Origin: Wolbachia endosymbiont of Drosophila innubila
Lineage (GTDB): Bacteria > Pseudomonadota > Alphaproteobacteria > Rickettsiales > Anaplasmataceae
Direction: 5' to 3'
Length of the DNA stretch: 32,000 nucleotides
Assembly: GCF_021378375.1 (NCBI RefSeq)
Contig: NZ_CP076228.1
Coordinates: 540,001-572,000 of the forward strand
The position numbers and the translations under genes were made by a program. Every line of letters begins with the position of its first letter. The first letter of the stretch is position 1. Below the pieces are notes generated by a model, which had not been told where the DNA came from, ran no database searches, and saw only the letters and a program-made list of their open reading frames with translations. Positions 19,609-29,595 of the stretch are shown here, piece by piece.

Positions 19609-20300
19609 ATCAAACCTCCTTTTTTTATATCAATTTATTACTTTTTTTTTCGGTTTGACACACTTCTTTGAACGTTCCCTGTATTTCCTTGAGTGTTAAA
19701 CCAACTTTGTTTGCTAAATCTTCCTGAGTATACCTTTTTATCAATCTCCATTCTCTTATTCTTTGTCCTATTCTGTAATATATAGAATCAGTGCAGATTT
19801 CTCTCTCTGTACTATCATACTCGTAAATAGATAAGCCCGTTGCTTGGAAAATTATTTCAACAGAAACTCCTGCTTTAACTAGATTCTTTGCCACCTCTAT
19901 TCTTGCCACTTTTCTACTATTTTCCTTGCTAGCTTGTGCAGATGTAATTAATGAATAAACTACATCTTGATTCCCAATTTTCTCATACTTTTCTACTAGA
20001 TCTAATATCTCTTTCCCCTCACTCTCGAGATAACTGTCTTCATTTGATACAGGAATAAGATCCATAATGCTAACTGATAGTGCTTCTGCGATGCTATATA
20101 ACCTTCTGATTGAAATTTTATGCTTTCCTTTTTCGTAATGGAGTATTACCCAGTATTTTACCCCGATTTTCTCCGCTAAATCTTTTTGAGTATACCCTAG
20201 CTTTAACCTACGATTTCTTACTTTCTCTCCTACTTTGCGGTCTAAAGAATCAGTATAGTTATCGTTGCTAGCGGTCATTCTTTTGCGTAACCTGCTATAA

Positions 20301-21214
20301 GAGGTTGTCCGGAAACAAGTAAAAGGCTATAATATCTGAAATTTTAGTACGGGGTAAAGATGAGAAAAAAGTATCCAACAGATCTAAGCGAAAGGGAATG
20401 GGCAAGAATAGAAAAACACTTCAGAGTATCATACAAGAAAGGAGGAAGGCTGCCAAAGTATAGCAAAAAAGAAATATTAGAAGCAATTTTCTATGTATTG
20501 CGTACAGGGTGTCAATGGCGGTATTTACCAAATGATTTTCCGCTATGGAAGACTGTGTATGAGCAGTTCAGGCAATGGAAGAAGCAGGGAATTTTGAGAA
20601 AATGAATTATGAAATTACAAAATATAGTAGAAGAAAAATAGGAAAGAATGAGCAGCCGAGTGCCTGTATAGTAGATAGTCAATCTGTAAAGACTACAGAA
20701 AAGGGGGATCAAAGCTATGATGGAAGTAAAAAAAGTAAAGGGTAGAAAAAGGCATATAATTACAGACACTCAGGGTTTTATACTAGGTTGTTACGTAGGC
20801 GCTGCTAACGAAAATGATAGAGATGGTATTAAAATAGCATTAAACAATATGAGAACAAAATATACTAAAGTTAAAAAAATGTGGGCTGACATGGGATACC
20901 AAGGAAGAAATTTAAAGAATCACATAAAGGAAGAATATGACATAGATATTGAAATTGTTAAAAGGCCTCCATGTAGATTTTGGGTGCACAAAGATACGCC
21001 ACCTGAGCTACTACCAACAAGAGAACAAGGGTTTAAAGTACAGCCAAGAAGATGGGTTGTAGAAAGGACTTTTGCTTGGGTTAATAGGAATAGAAGGCTA
21101 TCGAAGGAGTATGATTTACTCACAACATCCACTGAGAATTTCATATACCTAGCTATGAGTAGGGTTATGTTAAAGAGGGAATATGCTTGAATTTACTTGT
21201 TTCCGGACAACCTC
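20301..21214 (+). mobile_element. ISWpi1-like IS5-family element, copy 1 (transposase frame broken)
   Basis: Ends GAGGTTGTCCGGAAACAAGTAAA... / ...TTTACTTGTTTCCGGACAACCTC, flanked by TAA on both sides. ORFs MRKKYPTDLSEREWARIEKHF... and MMEVKKVKGRKRHIITDTQGF...MWADMGYQG. Confidence 0.9.
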
Positions 21215-21511
21215 TAAAATCTCCTTTAGAAGTTTGAGATAGAAATTTTGCTAGCATATTGTCACCTTTGTTGAAAACTAGTATATTAAATGCCTATGCT
21301 GTGACAAGATAAAATGGCACATCTAAAATAGGAGACCACCAAATTCATGGCATCCATTTCCTGAGGCGCTTTACAGAAGGGTTGATAAAAAAGGACGTAA
21401 AGTAGAGGATGCTATTCTAAGATGATCTCTAACAGCCGTTTAAAAAATAAAAAACTTGAACATCCCTTCAGAATTGTGTATAATTGTTAATGCTTTTTGG
21501 GTTTTCTCCTC

Positions 21512-22444
21512 ATGGCTCTTTCTGAGTTTCTTGATGCACGCAACGATTATGCTTTTAAAAGAATATTTGGCACCGAGAAGAATAAGGATATCCTCATGCA
21601 TTTCTTGAACGATACTTTAGGCTTTACTGGTCTGGCTGCTATTCAGGATGTTGAATTTTTAGCTACTATTCTAGACCCTGAGATTGTTGCTAAAAAGCAG
21701 AGCATTGTTGATGTTCTTTGTAAAGATTCTCAAGGCTCCAGGTACATTATAGAGATGCAGTTCACTAAGACCAAAGGCTTCGAAAAACGTGCCCAATACT
21801 ATGCTGCTAAAGCCTACTCGAGTCAGGCAGATCAAGGTGATGATTATCACAACCTCAAGGAAATTATCTTCATAGCTGTTGCTGATTGTATTATTTTTCC
21901 AGATAAAGCTGAGTACAAATCAAACCATACTATTCGCGATGAGAATACTAATGAACATGACTTGAAGGACTTCTATTTTGTATTCATTGAACTACCAAAG
22001 TTTACAAAGACGAAAGAAGACCAACTAGAAAATGTAGTAGAAAAGTGGTGTTATTTTTTTCGGTATGCAGCAGAAACAAGAGAAGAAGACCTAGATAAAA
22101 TAGTTGGTAGTGATGTAATAATAAAACGAGCTTATGAAGAGATGAATAAGTTTAATTGGTCAGAAGAAGAATTACTAGCATATGAGCAAAGGAAAAAACG
22201 TTTAATGGATGAGATAGCTGCTTTCGCTCAAAAATTTGATGAGGGTGTTAAGGTTGGCGAAGAAAGAGGCATTAAAATCGGTCATCAAAAAGGCAGAGCC
22301 GAAGGTATTCAAATCGGTGAAGAGAAGGGCGAACAACAGGCTAAAATTGCTGTGGCTAAAAATTCACTTAAAGCCGGTGTCTCTATTGATGTTATAGCTG
22401 AAATCACCGGCCTTTCCATCGATGAAGTTCAAAAGTTAAAATAG
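21512..22444 (+). CDS. Rpn-family recombination-promoting nuclease / PD-(D/E)XK nuclease family transposase
   Basis: Likely start at 21512 (MALSEFLDARNDYAFKRIFGTEKNKDILMHFLNDTL), IVDVLCKDSQGSRYIIEMQ (nuclease motif), FEKRAQYYAAKAYSSQ. Confidence 0.88.
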   Translation: MALSEFLDARNDYAFKRIFGTEKNKDILMHFLNDTLGFTGLAAIQDVEFLATILDPEIVAKKQSIVDVLCKDSQGSRYIIEMQFTKTKGFEKRAQYYAAKAYSSQADQGDDYHNLKEIIFIAVADCIIFPDKAEYKSNHTIRDENTNEHDLKDFYFVFIELPKFTKTKEDQLENVVEKWCYFFRYAAETREEDLDKIVGSDVIIKRAYEEMNKFNWSEEELLAYEQRKKRLMDEIAAFAQKFDEGVKVGEERGIKIGHQKGRAEGIQIGEEKGEQQAKIAVAKNSLKAGVSIDVIAEITGLSIDEVQKLK

Positions 22445-22740
22445 TCACACTTCACCTTAGTCTTAAATCTCTAGTTCTTTAAATTTCCCCATGAATGGCT
22501 ACTCAAGAGTCTAAAGAACTATCTAAAATAGCAATAAAAATCACGCATAATATTATACAAACTAACACCATAATAAAATCCTCATACTCAGCCTTCCACA
22601 TCAAAGCTACAATTTGATACGCAAAACACATTATCTATGTTTTTCATCTCTTCCACGACCATTCATTTTCCTCTCTTTTCTTCTGCTCTTGAGAAGCATA
22701 TTTACCAAGGACAGAATTTCCTGTAGTATCAAACCCACTC

Positions 22741-23782
22741 GGCTTTGTTGCATCACGCTTTATGAGATGGTGATTTATGGTAAATTCATGTAACTATCTC
22801 AAATTTAGCCATACCAATATCAGTGAATTTATTAAGCAAATAGCATTTAGTTCTTTTTCTCGATTTATCTCAGATTTATTCCTAAAACTAAATCCGAATA
22901 TTTGCTTTAATCTTGAGAAAAACCCTTCAATATAAGATCTTTTCCCATAATTTACTTCTTTTTTCCATTCTTTCATGCCACCTTCACCGTATAATTTTAT
23001 TAACCTAATAGCAGCATTCCTGTCAGACATATAATCTATTTCTGGATGTTCTGCCGCATTGTTTATTGGTGGAATTTTTGTCTTTATATCATATTCGTTA
23101 CACAACTTATAAAACTTGTGCCTATCACATGCTCTATCTGCATATAGTGCTTTTATGGCATGCTGAAAATCAACTTCTTTTAGCAAATCACAAGCTCCAT
23201 AGTGATCAGCCGTTACTGTATTTTACAGCTATGGCTTTTTTGTTGTTTATATTCAACATTACGTGCAATTTTCTCGTTTGCTCATAGCCACGATATTTTC
23301 TGTCAGTGCTATTTTCCTTGCTGTGTGTTGTTGTATATACTAATTCCTGTACTGTCTATAGCAATTTCGATATCTTCCATATTATTTTCTGCAATCATTT
23401 ATCTTAATATTAAGTTTCTTTTGATGCTTGTGAATAGCTGCAAATCTCTTCCTATTTGTTGCAAATACCCTTTTATAAACCCGACTGTTTGTCTTAAACC
23501 AATTCTAAAGAAACTGACGATTATATGCACCAAAATCACAACTTTATCACTATAAATATAGTTGCCGCCCTGCATTTTTGGACAATTCTCGTACCAATTT
23601 TCTATGGCGTCATTGATATAACAAAAAATGCTTCCTCTTTCTTGGAGAAATTTGTTATATTCATGGCAGTTACTGACTCTCATTTTTTGTGGCATATTTT
23701 TTCTTCAACAGTTAAATGGCTATTTATAATGAATTTTGTCAGTAACTGCCAGTTCTTTTCACTTGAGCGATGCAACAAAGCC
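22741..23782 (-). mobile_element. IS5-family, IS903-like element with a degenerate DDE transposase
   Basis: Inverted ends GGCTTTGTTGCATC (22741-22754) and GATGCAACAAAGCC (23769-23782). 9-bp imperfect flanking duplication AACCCACTC / ATCCCACTC. Confidence 0.8.
22794..23695 (-). pseudogene. IS5-family transposase, fragmented
   Basis: N-terminal part 23399-23695 (IVSFFRIGLRQTVGFIKGYLQQIGRDLQ) and C-terminal part 22794-23186 (YADRACDRHKFYKLC...KRSYIEGFFSRLKQIFGF) lie in different frames. Confidence 0.75.
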
Positions 23783-23943
23783 ATCCCACTCTCAGAAGAT
23801 AATTCCATACTAGGGTTGTGTTGCTCTGAAGCATGCGCTTCACCATTTTTGTTAACTGACATGTTATCTAGACTACGCTTAGCAATACCTAGATCATTCT
23901 TAGCTTTACCTAAAGCCAGTAAAATATCAGGATCTTCGAGATG

Positions 23944-25705
23944 GTGCGACCTGAAAGCCTTCGGTCATATTGTTTATAAAAGGAGAGGAATTCATTCAGA
24001 AAGAAACTGAAAGGATTCTAAAGCTTATTGAGCCAGATGTTTTGCCATCTGAGTCTACGCATCAGTGCGAATTGGGTAACCAGTTGGTGCTGAGCGACGC
24101 GGACAATGAACCTCCTCTTGATAAAGAAGATGCTCAATCGTGAGAGAAAGCATAAACTACAAGCATCATGTGGTTGGAGGGCTAGGCTTAGTGGTATGGT
24201 GAACGTAAGTGAAGCTTCATAAGTATCGTAACGATTAAAGAGCTAAAGATGCTGATAAGCTCCGACCAAAAGGTAATGTGACATTTTTCATTTCTGGATG
24301 TACGCAAATAATAATTCCACCGGTATAGAGAAGCCACCTAACCCACTATTGTATGACAAAAGGAACAGGATAAGCCTGTATTTTCGCCTATATGGCAGGC
24401 AACCCGCAAGGAATGCTGATGGATGTGCAGGTAAAGGATAATGGAGAAAGCGAATGCCATTTTGTAACGAAATGGATAGAATTTGTAACATTAATTCGCG
24501 TGAAAACGAGCAGACTTCCATTTGGTCCTTCATGACAAGAAACTTTGTTAACCACTTAAGGTAGGAAAGCAGATGATTACAAGTACAACTGTAAGTGCAC
24601 CTACCAATAACTCCGAAGCATGGAACCAGTTACCCTGGAAGAAATGCCAAAAAGTTGTTATGAGGCTACAGAGGCGTATTGTTAAGGCTGTCCAACAAGG
24701 CAGATGGGGTAAGGTGAAAACTTTACAACACCTTCTCACACGCTCTTTTAGCGGCAAAGCTTTGGCGGTTAAGAGAGTAACTGAAAACCAAGGAAAAAAA
24801 CACAGCAGGTGTAGATCGTCAAATATGGTCAACTTGCAACACAAAATTTCAAGGAATAAAGCTATTAAAACAAAGAGGATACAAACCTTCTCCGCTAAAA
24901 CGGATATACATCAGTAAGTCTAATGGCAAAAGAAGACCTCTTGGAATCCCTACGATAAAAGATAGAGCCATGCAAGCATTATACTTGTTTGCTTTGGAAC
25001 CGATAGCTGAAACGATCAGTGATCGTCACTCTTATGGTTTTAGACCAAAAAGATCCTGCGCAGACGCTACTGTGGCTTGCCACTTGTTACTGGCAAGCCG
25101 TAACCAACTACAATGGATACTCGAAGGTGATATTAAAGGGTGTTTTGATAACATTAACCATGAATGGCTCATGAAGCATATTCCTATGGAGAAGAAAATT
25201 CTTCATAGCTGGTTAAAAGCTGGCTTCCTAGAATCAAAAACTCTGTATTCCACAACTGCAGGTACCCCACAAGGTAGTATCATCTCTCCAATACTAGCAA
25301 ATCTAGCCCTAAATGGACTTGAAAAATCATTGGAAAGTCAATTTGGTAAACTTGGCAGTAAAAGAAGAAGCAAAATCAGAAGTGGAGTAAATGTAATCAG
25401 GTACGCAGATGACTTTATCATTTCAGGAATCACACGTGAAGTACTGGAAAATGAAGTAAAACCTCTAGTATCGTCCTTTCTTCAGGAGAGAGGTCTTATC
25501 CTTTCCGAAGAGAAAACAAAAATTACATCTATTACAACAGGGTTTGACTTTCTTGGTTGTAATGTACGCAGGTATAATAAGAAGTTAATTATAAAACCTT
25601 CAAAAGAAAGTATTAAGAAACTTCTTAATAAAGCACGTACATTGATAAAGGCAAACATAGCGAACACTCAGGCCGTACTAATCAAGTTGCTCAATTCCCT
25701 ATTAA
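23944..25705 (+). mobile_element. Group II intron, 3' truncated
   Basis: GTGCGACCTGAAAGCC at 23944 fits the group II 5' end (GUGYG). An intron-encoded RT follows. The sequence stops at the left end of an ISWpi1 copy without RT C-terminus or a recognisable 3' intron end. Confidence 0.7.
24573..25705 (+). pseudogene. Group II intron reverse transcriptase/maturase, frameshifted and truncated
   Basis: N-terminal ORF from 24573 (NNSEAWNQLPWKKCQKVVMRLQRRIVKAVQQGRW). Frame change in the A run 24794-24800, then NTAGVDRQIW...GKRRPLGIPTIKDRAMQALYLFALEPIAE...YGFRPKRSCADA...YADDFIISG...; ends at LLNSLL. Confidence 0.88.
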
Positions 25706-26617
25706 GAGGTTGTCCGGAAACAAGTAAAAGGCTATAATATCTGAAATTTTAGTACGGGGTAAAGATGAGAAAAAAGTATCCAACAGATCTAAGCGAAAGG
25801 GAATGGGCAAGAATAGAAAAACACTTCAGAGTATCATACAAGAAAGGAGGAAGGCTGCCAAAGTATAGCAAAAAAGAAATATTAGAAGCAATTTTCTATG
25901 TATTGCGTACAGGGTGTCAATGGCGGTATTTACCAAATGATTTTCCGCTATGGAAGACTGTGTATGAGCAGTTCAGGCAATGGAAGAAGCAGGGAATTTT
26001 TGAGAAAATGAATTATGAAATTACAAAATATAGTAGAAGAAAATAGGAAAAGAATGAGCAGCCGAGTGCCTGTATAGTAGATAGTCAATCTGTAAAGACT
26101 ACAGAAAAGGGGGATCAAAGCTATGATGGAAGTAAAAAGTAAAGGGTAGAAAAAGGCATATAATTACAGACACTCAGGGTTTTATACTAGGTTGTTACGT
26201 AGGCGCTGCTAACGAAAATGATAGAGATGGTATTAAAATAGCATTAAACAATATGAGAACAAAATATACTAAAGTTAAAAAATGTGGGCTGACATGGGAT
26301 ACCAAGGAAGAAATTTAAAGAATCACATAAAGGAAGAATATGACATAGATATTGAAATTGTTAAAAGGCCTCCATGTAGATTTTGGGTGCACAAAGATAC
26401 GCCACCTGAGCTACTACCAACAAGAGAACAAGGGTTTAAAGTACAGCCAAGAAGATGGGTTGTAGAAAGGACTTTTGCTTGGGTTAATAGGAATAGAAGG
26501 CTATCGAAGGAGTATGATTTACTCACAACATCCACTGAGAATTTCATATACCTAGCTATGAGTAGGGTTATGTTAAAGAGGGAATATGCTTGAATTTACT
26601 AGTTTCCGGACAACCTC
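25706..26617 (+). mobile_element. ISWpi1-like IS5-family element, copy 2 (transposase frame broken)
   Basis: Nearly identical to copy 1, with inverted ends GAGGTTGTCCGG.../...CCGGACAACCTC, flanked by TAA on both sides. ORFs 25765-26046 and 26282-26593. Confidence 0.9.
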
Positions 26618-27740
26618 TAATAGTGACGTTGTTTGTTATAAAAAATTTCTATGTATTCAAATATTGCAGTTCTAGTTTGTTGAGCAGAGTGTTGTGAAGT
26701 ATCAATAAGTATTTCTCTTTTCAATGAGCTAAAGAAGCTTTCCACAACAGAATTGTCGTAACAACAACCTTTATGACTCATCTATGTTTTTTATGGATAA
26801 GAGATATTGATAACCTTGCGAAGTATATTGTGAACCTTGATCACTATGTAATAGTAGATTTTTGGCAGGTTTACGCTTGTTAACGGCCATTAATAAAGAG
26901 TCCATAACCAATTGTTTATTTATTGAACTGCTCATTAACTACCATGCGTGAATATAGATCGATTATTGTTGCCAAATATAGCCATCCTTCTTTGGTTTTT
27001 ATATAAGTAATCCCATACTTTATTTGGTTGATCAACAATAAAGTTTTGATCTAGTATATTGGGAGCTACAGCTCTATTATCTGTTTGTTGTTTTTTAATT
27101 TTAAACTTTCTTCTCAGTATAGCCCTGATGTCATTTTTCTGCATAATACTTTGCACCGTTTTCAAATTGCAACTTTTACCCAAAGCCTTCAATTCAGCAT
27201 GAATTTTAGGAGCTCCATATCTACATTTAGAAACTTGATATATTTTTGAATAGCTGCGAGTAGCTCTTTATTTGCTGATTCTCTACTGCTTATTTTTCTT
27301 GTGGTCCACTTATAGTAGCCACTAGCAGAAAATCCTACATAATTCCTGTACTTTATAGCAGTTACTATATAAAAAATATTTTACTCTTTTTGACTGGCTA
27401 GGGCTTTTTTTAAATGTCTCTTTCCCTTGTTACTCTTGCTTTGTAAATCAAACCTCTCTTTTTGTCGTAAGGAGCCATGTTACCTCTACCTGGAAATGCA
27501 TTTGCCGCTGACTTTTTTTCGTTATATTTCTTCATCCATTTTCCTAATACACTATCCCTTATTCCTAGATCTCTTGCTACTTTTGCAACTGGTTGACCTA
27601 CCTTTCTTTGTTCATTTGCCAGCTTAACAGCTTCCAATTTGAATTCTGCCGTATATTCTCTTGCCATTTCTAATCCTCCAAAATTTTATTTTACCCGAAA
27701 AAACTCCTTTCTTTCTCTCCACTTTTTCTGGGTAAGGTCA
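26618..27740 (-). mobile_element. IS3-family element, degenerate and truncated at the ISWpi1 copy 2 boundary
   Basis: orfA at 27410-27667 (MAREYTAEFKLEAVKLANEQRKVGQPVAKVARDLGI). orfB remnants include [11 protein letters not shown] and MSHKGCCYDNSVVESFFSSLKREI...AIFEYIEIFYNKQRH. The far end near 27740 (rc TGACCTTACCCAG) is tentative. Confidence 0.75.
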
Positions 27741-27809
27741 AGAAGCCTATTGTCTAATTATGTACCTAAATTTTATTACGGCACTTTCACTACTACTTTA
27801 ACGAGTGAG

Positions 27810-29330
27810 CTACCTTTCTATAAAAGACCTATCGACTGTTGCAATTATAGGCGTAAACAAGAATGATAAAAGAGTACGAGATTGAGTAACTATGTACACT
27901 TCTGCTGGCATACCAGGGTATAGGTATACGTTTTTAAACTGAGCAAGCTCTGGTTTTGGTATCACTACACGTACTGAATAATAACGCCCTAGTCTTGGAT
28001 CATCAAGAGCGTCAGGAGAAATATGGCTTACTATACCACTAATTAAACTTAAACGACGTGCACTGTAAGCACTTAACCGGACTTTAACCTTTAGCCCTTC
28101 TAGCCCATCAATAGAGACTATGTTGCTATCTTTCTTTTGTGCCGACAGTACCTCTTCTATGTTTCTGGTCTGAATTTTAGCATCTATTATTAGGTCATCA
28201 TCCGATGGCACTACGCTCATGATCGGAACTCCAGATTGTATAACACCACCTTCAGTATGGTATCTTATATCTGTGACTATCCCATCTTGAGGCGATTTAA
28301 TTATTGTACGTGCTAATGAATCTTCAGCAACCATCAGCCTCTCTTTCAAGTCTGCAATAGACGTACTAACTTCCTTAAGTTCAGCGTTTGCTCTTTCTTG
28401 AGAATCGTTTCTCACGTTTATAATTTCTAATTCGTTCTCTCCAATTTTTTGCTGCACTTGAGATATTGCAGAACGGTAATGTCCAACTCTGCCTTCAATT
28501 TCAGCAAACTGCTTTTCTAAAGCTAAAATGTGTGGTTTGCTTATATGGCCACTATCAAGTAATTGTCTTTTTGTTTCCAACTCCTCAGTTATCAAGTCAT
28601 ATTGCTTATGAGCTGCATTTAGTTGAAAGTTTAGCCCCGCTAATTCATCATTTAACTGCTTTATACGTTGTTGCAGTATGTCTGTTTTTCCCAATATGCT
28701 CTTTCTCTGAGAGTTGAACAACTTTACTTGATTCTTTATCGCTTTATTTACAAGTTCATCGTGAGATAATTTTTTAACCTCATCAGGAAACTCGAGCGTG
28801 TCCAAATCTACTCTGATTGCAAGAAGCCTTGCTTCTGTTGCTAAAAATGATAAGAGCTTCTCTTTGATAATACTTAAATTCGCCTTCTCGTTAACATCAC
28901 TCAACAAAACTAGAGGCTCATCTTTTTTAACTGCTTGGCTCTCTTTGACTAAAATTTTGCTTATTATTCCTCCACCCAAGTGTTGAACTATTTTCTTATT
29001 TGAAGATACAATAACTTCTCCACTTGCATGCACCGCACCGTCAATTGGAGCTATAGCCGACCAAATACCACCTATCCCAAAAAAGATAAGTATTACTACC
29101 AGACCAAAAAATAGTGGTCCCCATGTTACTCTCAGAACTTCATTTACGTTATTACTTTCACGTTTTAAAATAAAATTTATCATCGCATCAATCAATGCGA
29201 ACGTCTTATCCAAAAATTTTGGGTACTTCTTCTTTTTATTTTTTGCTCCTTGCATATTTATATTATCACTATGGCCAATCAAGCCTGTCAAAGAAAACCC
29301 AGTGCTAAGCTTTTTTAACTTACTGATCAT
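27810..29330 (-). CDS. HlyD-family type I secretion periplasmic adaptor subunit
   Basis: The tracked ORF extends to 29402; likely start at 29330. GAIWSAIAPIDGAVHASGEVIVSSNKKIVQHLGGGIISKILVKE; IIKSPQDGIVTDIRYHTEGGVIQSG; LYPGMPAEVYIVTQSRTLLSFLF. Confidence 0.92.
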   Translation of the reverse strand: MISKLKKLSTGFSLTGLIGHSDNINMQGAKNKKKKYPKFLDKTFALIDAMINFILKRESNNVNEVLRVTWGPLFFGLVVILIFFGIGGIWSAIAPIDGAVHASGEVIVSSNKKIVQHLGGGIISKILVKESQAVKKDEPLVLLSDVNEKANLSIIKEKLLSFLATEARLLAIRVDLDTLEFPDEVKKLSHDELVNKAIKNQVKLFNSQRKSILGKTDILQQRIKQLNDELAGLNFQLNAAHKQYDLITEELETKRQLLDSGHISKPHILALEKQFAEIEGRVGHYRSAISQVQQKIGENELEIINVRNDSQERANAELKEVSTSIADLKERLMVAEDSLARTIIKSPQDGIVTDIRYHTEGGVIQSGVPIMSVVPSDDDLIIDAKIQTRNIEEVLSAQKKDSNIVSIDGLEGLKVKVRLSAYSARRLSLISGIVSHISPDALDDPRLGRYYSVRVVIPKPELAQFKNVYLYPGMPAEVYIVTQSRTLLSFLFTPIIATVDRSFIER

Positions 29331-29595
29331 AATACTACTGTGAATTTGTGTTAACTCAAGATAACACACAAAAACAAAGAATCTATAATTTAAGCATTCC
29401 ATTTAGACTGTAGAGCACCAGAATAAACTATTTAGTAACAATTCCTGCATAACTATGTTTTTAAAATTTTTTGACGTTTAACTTTATTATAACTTTTCCT
29501 TTATTTTGTGAATATCTGAGTTACTTATATTATGTAAGAAATCTATTGCCAACTAGTCAATATTCTGTTAGGAATTAAGATAATATAAAGTTATT

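Larger units (their letters stand above)
16900..19679 (-). mobile_element. IS256-like element, itself interrupted by the IS4-like element at 16917-18347
   Basis: 27-bp terminal inverted repeats GGGAACGTTCAAAGAAGTGTGTCAAAC (left one interrupted); flanked by 8-bp TSD TGTATTTC at 16892-16899 and 19680-19687. Confidence 0.85.
16576..20278 (-). pseudogene. Two-unit helix-turn-helix (XRE-family) transcriptional regulator disrupted by nested IS elements
   Basis: 5' part 20278-19688 (MTASNDNYTDSLDRKVGEKVRNRRLKLGYTQKDLAEKIG...YTQEDLANKVGLTLKEI) and 3' part 16899-16576 (HEYEIGYTAISFDKLYQIAEGLSVNIKVLLP...). Removing the insertion and one 8-bp TSD restores LTLKEIHEYEIGY in frame. Confidence 0.9.
22642..23943 (-). 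pseudogene. Uncharacterised gene fragment interrupted by the IS903-like element and bordered by the group II intron
   Basis: Minus-strand frame HLEDPDILLALGKAKNDLGIAKRSLDNMSVNKNGEAHASEQHNPSMELSSESG, resuming beyond the IS as FDTTGNSVLGKYASQEQKKREKMNGRGRDEKHR*. Family not recognised. Confidence 0.45.

Noticed and set aside
23202-24010. Plus-strand ORFs 23202-23555 and 23525-24010
   Set aside because: They are antisense to the IS903-like transposase and run through the element end and the intron 5' end; no homologous features.
24288-24844. Minus-strand ORFs in the group II intron
   Set aside because: They overlap intron RNA and RT coding sequence on the opposite strand; no support.
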